Shown piece after piece: positions 57,973-64,000 of a stretch of 64,000 nucleotides of DNA (its first letter is position 1; every line of letters begins with the position of its first letter). The translations under genes and the position numbers were made by a program. The notes below the pieces were generated by a model that saw nothing but the letters and a program-made list of their open reading frames with translations, had not been told where the DNA came from and made no database searches. This DNA is from an uncultured Candidatus Binatia bacterium (GTDB taxonomy: Bacteria; Desulfobacterota; Binatia; Bin18): assembly GCA_965200965.1 (NCBI GenBank), contig OZ241744.1:128001-192000 (forward strand), given 5' to 3'.

Positions 57973-59799
57973 TCAGACCGAGCATTCGCCTTCTCCCCGT
58001 TCGAGTTTGTAGAGCGTTGAGCGGTTCCAGTCGATGAAGTCGCTCTGGTGCTGTTCGTCAAATTTCATCGGCAGGGACAGGTCTCTGATCATCTCCTCAA
58101 ATGTCTCCACCCCGGTCCGGTCCAGAAAGGCATTGAAGGATTCGCCGGCCCGGCGCTCGTCCTGGTAATAGCGAAGAAAGCGCTCGGTCGCCTCGGGCGC
58201 GCGTTTTGCGGGCACACGGACCCGCAGGCGCTGGGCGATGCGCGCCCGGCCGTCGTCGTACTGGCCGCCGAGCATGACGATATAGCCCGGCACTTGGCGT
58301 CCGTCGAACTTCATGGCCGCGCCATAAAAGCCGATGTTGGCGATATGGTGGCGGCTGCAGCCATTGGGGCAACCGCTCATTTTGATGTGGATCTGCCGGG
58401 TCAGGGGATCGTCGATCTGGAGGGCTTCCAGGCGTTGCTGCACGGCCGCGGCCAAGCCCATTGAGTTGGTGATGCCGAGCTTGCAACTCTCGGTCCCCGG
58501 GCAGCTGACCACGTCGGTGATCTGTCTCGCCCCGGCTTGGCCGAGGTCCAGGGCGCTCAGCCGGGTCCACACATCGTACAGACTCTCGTTGCGAACCCAG
58601 CGCAGGACGATATTTTGCTCGTCTGTGGTCCGGGCGTTGCCGCCGCTGAAGTCGCGCATGGTCTGGGCTAGGCCCCGAAATTGCTCAGGATTCAGATCGC
58701 CGCGCGATACCTTGACCTCGGCCGTGGAAAATCCGGCTTGGCGCTGGGGCCGGACATTCGAGGCCAGCCAGGCCTTGAATGCCTGTTGGTCGCCGTTGGG
58801 GCTACCAGGATTGAGCGGCTTTTTGGGTGCCCGGGCTTCTTCCTCGTCCATGAACTGGAGCGGATCAGGATCAAAGTTCCGCTCCTTGACCCAAGCGCCC
58901 CGCATTTCTTCGTCAACCAGCTCGCGGAAAGCGTCTATGCCAATACGGTCAATCAGGAACTTGATGCGGGCCCGGGCCCGGTTGACACGCAGTTCATCGC
59001 TGCGGTTGAAAATACGCAGCATGGCCTCGGCCACCTTGAGGTAGGCCTTGACCGACACAAAGGGGTAGAGGCAGGAGCCGATGCGGGGCAGAATTGAGGT
59101 GCCGCCCCCAGTCCGCACCTCAAAGCCTTTTTGGCCGTCTGTGATCCGGGGGATAAGGCCCAGATCATGAATACCCGAAACTCCCAGGTCTCGGTCGGTG
59201 CTGGAAAACGAGACCTTGAACTTCCGGGGCAGATTCTGGGTCAGCGGGCTGCGGATAAAGTAGCGCACCAGCGCCCCGGCATACGGGGTGGGGTCAAACA
59301 GCTCGCCCGGCGCTACACCGGCAAACGGGTCGCACACTACATTGCGGACCGTGTTGCCGCAGGCTTCACGGGTGGACAGGGCGCGGTCGCCCAGCAGGCG
59401 AATGGCCTTGGCCGCCTCAAGCAGCGGGATATGGTGAAACTGCACATTCTGGCGGGTGGTAATATGGCCTTTTTTCAGCGGCGTGTATTGCTCGGCCACA
59501 TCGGCCAGGGCGTCGAGCTGGTCCGGGCTGACCCCGCCAAAGGGCAGCTTGACCCGGATCATCTGGGCGTTTGGTTGACGCTGACCGTAGACGCCTTGGC
59601 GCAGGCGAAAGCCCATGAAAACCGGTGCCTCTGTCTCCGCCCTCAGAAATTTTTGGGTCTCAGTGTCGAAGTCATCAAATTCCTGTTCAAGGATTGGAAT
59701 GACGTGACCGGGGATGTTCTGGTAGACTTCTGGATTATCGAGTGCCCCGACTTTTACCTCTTGAGATGCCGGCTGGCTTTCCTGGGTTTCGTTTGTCAT
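57973..59799 (-). CDS. sir: Ferredoxin-dependent sulfite/nitrite reductase
   Basis: HITTRQNVQFH, ACGNTVRN, LPRKFK, CPG..SC.LG, SGCPNGC siroheme/Fe-S motif. Confidence 0.88.
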   Translation of the reverse strand: MTNETQESQPASQEVKVGALDNPEVYQNIPGHVIPILEQEFDDFDTETQKFLRAETEAPVFMGFRLRQGVYGQRQPNAQMIRVKLPFGGVSPDQLDALADVAEQYTPLKKGHITTRQNVQFHHIPLLEAAKAIRLLGDRALSTREACGNTVRNVVCDPFAGVAPGELFDPTPYAGALVRYFIRSPLTQNLPRKFKVSFSSTDRDLGVSGIHDLGLIPRITDGQKGFEVRTGGGTSILPRIGSCLYPFVSVKAYLKVAEAMLRIFNRSDELRVNRARARIKFLIDRIGIDAFRELVDEEMRGAWVKERNFDPDPLQFMDEEEARAPKKPLNPGSPNGDQQAFKAWLASNVRPQRQAGFSTAEVKVSRGDLNPEQFRGLAQTMRDFSGGNARTTDEQNIVLRWVRNESLYDVWTRLSALDLGQAGARQITDVVSCPGTESCKLGITNSMGLAAAVQQRLEALQIDDPLTRQIHIKMSGCPNGCSRHHIANIGFYGAAMKFDGRQVPGYIVMLGGQYDDGRARIAQRLRVRVPAKRAPEATERFLRYYQDERRAGESFNAFLDRTGVETFEEMIRDLSLPMKFDEQHQSDFIDWNRSTLYKLERGEGECSV

Positions 59800-59813
59800 C
59801 TGTCACCTCCGTG

Positions 59814-59938
59814 AATGTCTATTAGTTCTATAGATATTGGGGGTAGTGTGATTATGGCTATTGCGGTGTGTATGTCAAGCCGGGGGTGTCTCAAGGCCGA
59901 GTTTTGACATTTTATTGCCTACAAATTAGATAGACATT
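59814..59938. promoter_or_regulatory. Divergent promoters with two palindromic operator boxes
   Basis: AATGTCTAT-N7-ATAGATATT (59814-59838) and ATTGCCTAC-N7-ATAGACATT (59914-59938); TTGACA on both strands (59904-59909 plus; 59878-59873 minus with CATAAT). Confidence 0.75.
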
Positions 59939-60403
59939 ATGAAACTGTCAAAAAAAGCGGAGTATGCGCTGCGTGCCCTGACGTGTCTGGGCGCGCCCGG
60001 GGCACCACCGGTGTTGTCCATTCAGGAGATTGCTGACCGGGAGAAGATCCCCAAAAAATTCCTGGAACAAGTCCTGCTCGCCCTCAAAAAAGCCGGTCTT
60101 GTCCAGAGCAGCCGGGGCAAAGCCGGGGGCTACACACTGCAAGCCGCGCCGGCCCGGGCCACCCTCGGCGACATTATTCAGGCGATCGAAGGGCCGTTTG
60201 CGCCCTTGCCGTGCGCGGATAGTGCGGCCCCGGTCAAGTGTCCGGATTGCCCCAGTTTGGAGCATTGCTGGCTGCGCGGAGTGATGACAGAAGTCGGGCA
60301 GGCGGTAGCGGCCGGCTGCGGTCGGTTTACGCTGGTCGATTTATGTCGGCGGGCCGCGGCGGGCCGGCGGCGGTCAGGCCAGGCCTTGATGTATGAGATT
60401 TAG
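59939..60403 (+). CDS. Rrf2 family transcriptional regulator (IscR/CymR-like, Cys-containing)
   Basis: MKLSKKAEYALRAL, IP.KFLEQVL..LK.AGLV.S.RG..GGY, C...C..C...C. Confidence 0.93.
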   Translation: MKLSKKAEYALRALTCLGAPGAPPVLSIQEIADREKIPKKFLEQVLLALKKAGLVQSSRGKAGGYTLQAAPARATLGDIIQAIEGPFAPLPCADSAAPVKCPDCPSLEHCWLRGVMTEVGQAVAAGCGRFTLVDLCRRAAAGRRRSGQALMYEI

Positions 60404-60410
60404 GCCACGC

Positions 60411-60439
60411 TTGACTCTGTGGGCGGGCTTTCCTAATGT
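60411..60439 (+). promoter_or_regulatory. Sigma70-like promoter of the GST gene
   Basis: TTGACT, 17 nt, TAATGT. Confidence 0.55.
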
Positions 60440-60496
60440 TCGCGCACAGGTTTTCACAGGTGGCTCGTACGCCACACGACAAGCAAGGGGGCGTGT

Positions 60497-61114
60497 ATGG
60501 ACCGCAAATTATTTGACTATCTCGCCTGACCGTTCGCCATGAGGACGAGGATCGTGCTCAAGGAAAAAGCTCTCGATTTTGAACGGATTCTTATCGACCT
60601 GCCCGGCAAGGAACAAAAACAGCCCTGGTTTTTGGCGCTCAATCCATACGGCAAGGTTCCGGTGCTGGTTGAAGAAGGTGCCTGGGTGGTTGAATCTGCC
60701 CTGTGCAACGAATACCTCGAAGAGCGATACCCCACGCCCCGGCTGGCACCCACAGATGCTCGGGACAAAGCCGAGATGCGTTTGTGGGTCGAGTTTTGTA
60801 ATAGTCAGTTCGTTCCGCCGGTGCTGAGCATCATGTACGAAAAACGTAAACCGGCCGAAGAGCAGAATGCGGACAAAATCCGGCACAACCAGGAAAAGCT
60901 CGCAGCCCTGCTACCACACCTTGAGCAGCAGTTAGGCGGGCGTGACTACCTGATGGGTGAATACGGTATTGCTGACCTGAGCTTCACGCCTTTTCTGACC
61001 CTGGCCGAGCGGGCGGGCGTTGATTTCGACCTGTTTCCAAACGTTGCCATCTGGCATCAGCGGCTCAAACAGCGGCCTGGCTATGAAGAGGTGAAGATCG
61101 GGTTTGCAGCCTGA
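60497..61114 (+). CDS. Glutathione S-transferase family protein, probable selenoprotein (UGA at codon 11)
   Basis: ATG 60497 after AAGGGGG: MDRKLFDYLA-TGA-PFAMRTRIVLKEK; NPYGKVPVL, ESA, EYLEERYP, IADL; hairpin just 3' of the TGA. Confidence 0.82.
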
Positions 61115-61144
61115 GAGGTGTCAGAGCCTCTGCTGTCCACGTCA

Positions 61145-62749
61145 ATGAAACGCTCCGCCGCCCGCCGCCCGCCCGCTCCGCTTCTGAGCACGGCTCCGAA
61201 CTATCCCCGGTGGCGGGCGAGCGGGATGGCGGCACTCAGCCTCGTCTTGCTGTCCGCCCCGCAGCTCAGCGCCCAGACGGCCAAGCTCTATCTGGACTCC
61301 GCGGTCGCGGCCATGGGCGGGACCGAGGCCCTGCTGGCAATTCAGAGCCAGCAGATCATGGCCTGCGGAGAAAACTTCGAACCCGCCCATGCTATTCGTC
61401 CCGGCGGCCCAGCGCCCAAGGTCTCGCGCTTCTGCTATATCCTGCTGCGCGACTTTGCCGGCGGCCGCTACCGCTATGAGTGGCAACGCGACACCTTTTT
61501 CCCGGTTCCAGACCGGTCAAGCTACACAGAAATCAGCGACGGCTACAGCGGCCTTATCCTTGGTGCCGATGGCCCACGCAGCCCCCGCCAGCGGCCGGCG
61601 TCGGCCGCCCGGATTGCCATGCGCAAAAAAGAACTTGGCCGGTCGCCCGTCTCGGTGCTGCTGACGGCTCTGTCCCGACAGACCTCGCTCCTGCGGCTGC
61701 GCGATCAGCTCATTCGTGGGCGGCTGCACCATGTGATCGCCTACGATGACGGCGGGAAATCGGTCGTGGCCGCCCTCGACGCCCGGACCCGCCTGCTGAC
61801 CAGAGTCCAGTTTCTCGAAGATGATCCCCTGTACGGCGATAGCCACAACGAACTCTTCTTCGCCGATTGGCGGCAGGTGGGTGAGATCACAATGCCATTT
61901 TCCTCCCTGTGGCGGGTGAACGGCCAACGCATTATGACCGAACGAGTTGAGTCGATTGACAGTAACGTCCCGATTGCAGACGACGCCTTTGCGCTGCCGC
62001 CGCATATTGTACAGGCCGATAATGGCAGTCCGGCCCGGGGTGAATTGAGCTCGCACTGGCTGTTGCGCCAGATCGCTATGGCCAGCCCGGTGGATGAGGA
62101 GCAAACCCGGATTCGGATGCGTGATGTCGCCCCAGGGGTGGTGCATGTCACCGGAGGCAGCCATCACAGCTTGGGCATCGCCATGACCGACCACATCATC
62201 GTTGTGGAAGCTCCGCTGTACGAGGCGCGCTCGCTGCGGGTTATTGACAGCCTGGAGCGGCGGTTTCCCGGTAAACCCCTGCGGACGGTCATCAATACCC
62301 ATTTTCATGCTGACCACGCCGGCGGACTGCGAACCTATGTCGCGGCCGGCATCAGCCTGGTCACCAGCCAGGCCAACGCGGCGTTTTTGCAACGGATTGT
62401 AGATGCCCCGCATACCGTTATGCCCGACCGTTTGCAGCACTCTCCGAGGCCGGTGGTTATTGAAACCGTTGGGCGGGACAAGAAAGTCCTGACCGACGGC
62501 CCCAGGACGGTCGAGATCTATCCGGTTGACACCTCGCACGCCGAGGGCATGTTGATGGTGTTTCTGCCCCAAGACAAGCTGCTGTTTGTGGCCGACCTGT
62601 TCTCTCCAGGCTCCCGGCGTCAGGTTCGAGCCGGGAGCCAGGAGGTGCTGGCGGCGATTGAAGCCTACGGCCTCGAGGTCAAGCGGCTGGTCGGGGGACA
62701 GGGCGGTCTGGCTCTCATCGCCGAGTTGTACCAGGCAGCCGATGAGTGA
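61145..62749 (+). CDS. Secreted MBL-fold metallo-hydrolase
   Basis: Signal-like segment, VVEAP, NTHFHADHAGG, HAEGML, FVADLF; start uncertain. Confidence 0.82.
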   Translation: MKRSAARRPPAPLLSTAPNYPRWRASGMAALSLVLLSAPQLSAQTAKLYLDSAVAAMGGTEALLAIQSQQIMACGENFEPAHAIRPGGPAPKVSRFCYILLRDFAGGRYRYEWQRDTFFPVPDRSSYTEISDGYSGLILGADGPRSPRQRPASAARIAMRKKELGRSPVSVLLTALSRQTSLLRLRDQLIRGRLHHVIAYDDGGKSVVAALDARTRLLTRVQFLEDDPLYGDSHNELFFADWRQVGEITMPFSSLWRVNGQRIMTERVESIDSNVPIADDAFALPPHIVQADNGSPARGELSSHWLLRQIAMASPVDEEQTRIRMRDVAPGVVHVTGGSHHSLGIAMTDHIIVVEAPLYEARSLRVIDSLERRFPGKPLRTVINTHFHADHAGGLRTYVAAGISLVTSQANAAFLQRIVDAPHTVMPDRLQHSPRPVVIETVGRDKKVLTDGPRTVEIYPVDTSHAEGMLMVFLPQDKLLFVADLFSPGSRRQVRAGSQEVLAAIEAYGLEVKRLVGGQGGLALIAELYQAADE

Positions 62750-63206
62750 GCACGACGACTGGATGGCCCGGGCGCTTGACCAAGCCCGGTGTGCCGAGCA
62801 GGCCGGCGAGGTGCCGGTCGGCGCGCTGGTCGTCCGGGACGGCACATGTCTCGGCCGGGGTCATAACCGGCCGATCGGCCGCCATGATCCGACCGCCCAC
62901 GCCGAGATTCAGGCCGTGCGTGAAGCCGCGCGGACGGTCGGCAATTACCGGCTGCCTGGCGCGACCCTGTACGTCACGCTTGAGCCGTGTGTGATGTGCA
63001 TGGGGGCGCTCATTCAGGCCCGGGTCGGGCGGCTGGTCTTTGGCTGTCCTGATCCCAGGGCCGGGGCGGCTGGCTCGGTGTATGACTTGGCGCATGACGC
63101 GCGTCTGAATCACCGGATTGAGGTTGTGGCCGGGGTCCAGGCCCAAGATGGCCAAGCCCTGTTGCGGCGTTTCTTCCAGGCCAGGCGTACAGGCAGCCCG
63201 GGCTAA
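62742..63206 (+). CDS. tadA: tRNA adenosine(34) deaminase
   Basis: EVPVGA, DPTAHAE, NYRL, TLEPCVMC, FF..RR. Confidence 0.95.
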   Translation: MSEHDDWMARALDQARCAEQAGEVPVGALVVRDGTCLGRGHNRPIGRHDPTAHAEIQAVREAARTVGNYRLPGATLYVTLEPCVMCMGALIQARVGRLVFGCPDPRAGAAGSVYDLAHDARLNHRIEVVAGVQAQDGQALLRRFFQARRTGSPG

Positions 63207-63273
63207 GGCACCGCTGTCCCAGCGCTCTTTACGCCTGTAACGGAAATGCCGTATAGTACACACTCAGCCGTGT

Positions 63274-63365
<92 letters not shown>

Positions 63366-63434
63366 ACGGATGACGCCCGGCTTGAACCGGCTCCCCTGGC
63401 AGGGGCGTGATCCTGTATACGAAGACGCGCAGCC

Positions 63435-64000
63435 ATGGATATTGGAATCGGTATCGCCCTGCTGGCCGGCTTTCTGTCGTTTGCCTCTCCGTGTGTCTTG
63501 CCCATTGTACCCGGCTATCTGACGTTTATTACCGGCCTGAGCTTTGATGAGCTGAGCCAGGGGCGCTCACGGGTCATACTGGGCGGCCTGCTGAAGAGCC
63601 TGCCGTTTGTGCTGGGTTTCTCGCTGGTCTTCATTGCGCTCGGTGCCGGCGCGTCAGCGCTGAGTGTCCTGCTGCGCTCACATCTCGGTTTGCTCAAGGG
63701 TATTGCTGGCGCTGGGATCATGCTGCTCGGGCTTCACCTGACCGGGCTTGTTCCCATCCCCGGTCTGTCACGAGAGCGCCGTTTTTCCGGCCAGGACACG
63801 CCGCCCGGAATGGTCCGGGCGTTTGTTGCCGGACTGCTGTTCGCCTTTGGCTGGACCCCATGTGTGGGACCGATCCTGGCCGCTATTCTGGCCCTGGCGG
63901 CCACCGCCGAGACCCTGGGCCAAGGGGTGTTGCTGCTGGCCGTCTATTCGCTCGGTCTGGGCATTCCGTTCATCCTGGCAGCCGCCTTTTTGAACGGATT
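63435..64000 (+). CDS. ccdA: Cytochrome c biogenesis protein CcdA (runs off the window end)
   Basis: AGFLSFASPCVLPIVPGY, FVLGFSLVF, FAFGWTPCVGPILAAIL, YSLGLGIPF. Confidence 0.92.
   Translation, partial: MDIGIGIALLAGFLSFASPCVLPIVPGYLTFITGLSFDELSQGRSRVILGGLLKSLPFVLGFSLVFIALGAGASALSVLLRSHLGLLKGIAGAGIMLLGLHLTGLVPIPGLSRERRFSGQDTPPGMVRAFVAGLLFAFGWTPCVGPILAAILALAATAETLGQGVLLLAVYSLGLGIPFILAAAFLNG

Overview
A GC-rich bacterial chromosome segment. Gene content and one recurrent protein domain suggest a Binatia/'deltaproteobacterial' organism, possibly sponge-associated (inference). Most of it is core housekeeping: tRNA-Ser(GCT)/tRNA-Arg(ACG); an LPS-core operon running into yicC-gmk-rel; pyrE; acyl-CoA dehydrogenases; alaC-hom-thrC-apgM-glpX-crotonase; an isobutyryl-CoA-type B12 mutase; dnaB; thiE-ntrC-ntrB; groES-groEL; npdG; a sulfate-assimilation cluster (sir-cysH-cysK with a divergent Rrf2 regulator); and tadA-tRNA-Ser(CGA)-ccdA. 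Six items stand out. (1) A ~600-codon, multiply frameshifted Cas12m/type V-U1-like RuvC gene (38851-40642) keeps a canonical D-E-D triad but has no visible CRISPR array or transposase. (2) A glutathione S-transferase has an in-frame TGA at its catalytic Cys position followed by a SECIS-like hairpin, so it is a probable selenoprotein (60497-61114). (3) A D-amino-acid oxidase is tightly linked to the racemase-independent MurL/MurD2 peptidoglycan pair (19256-23041). (4) A relic island after tRNA-Arg carries a 138-bp tandem-duplicated antisense-RNA/leader-peptide cassette ahead of an HTH Rep-like gene, plus a secreted gene broken at a G10 tract. (5) Two Rrf2 operator boxes lie 100 bp apart. (6) There are remnants of dndC, TPR and DUF1640 genes. 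All calls come from reading the sequence and recalled family motifs; no searches were run. Many frameshifts could be sequencing indels.
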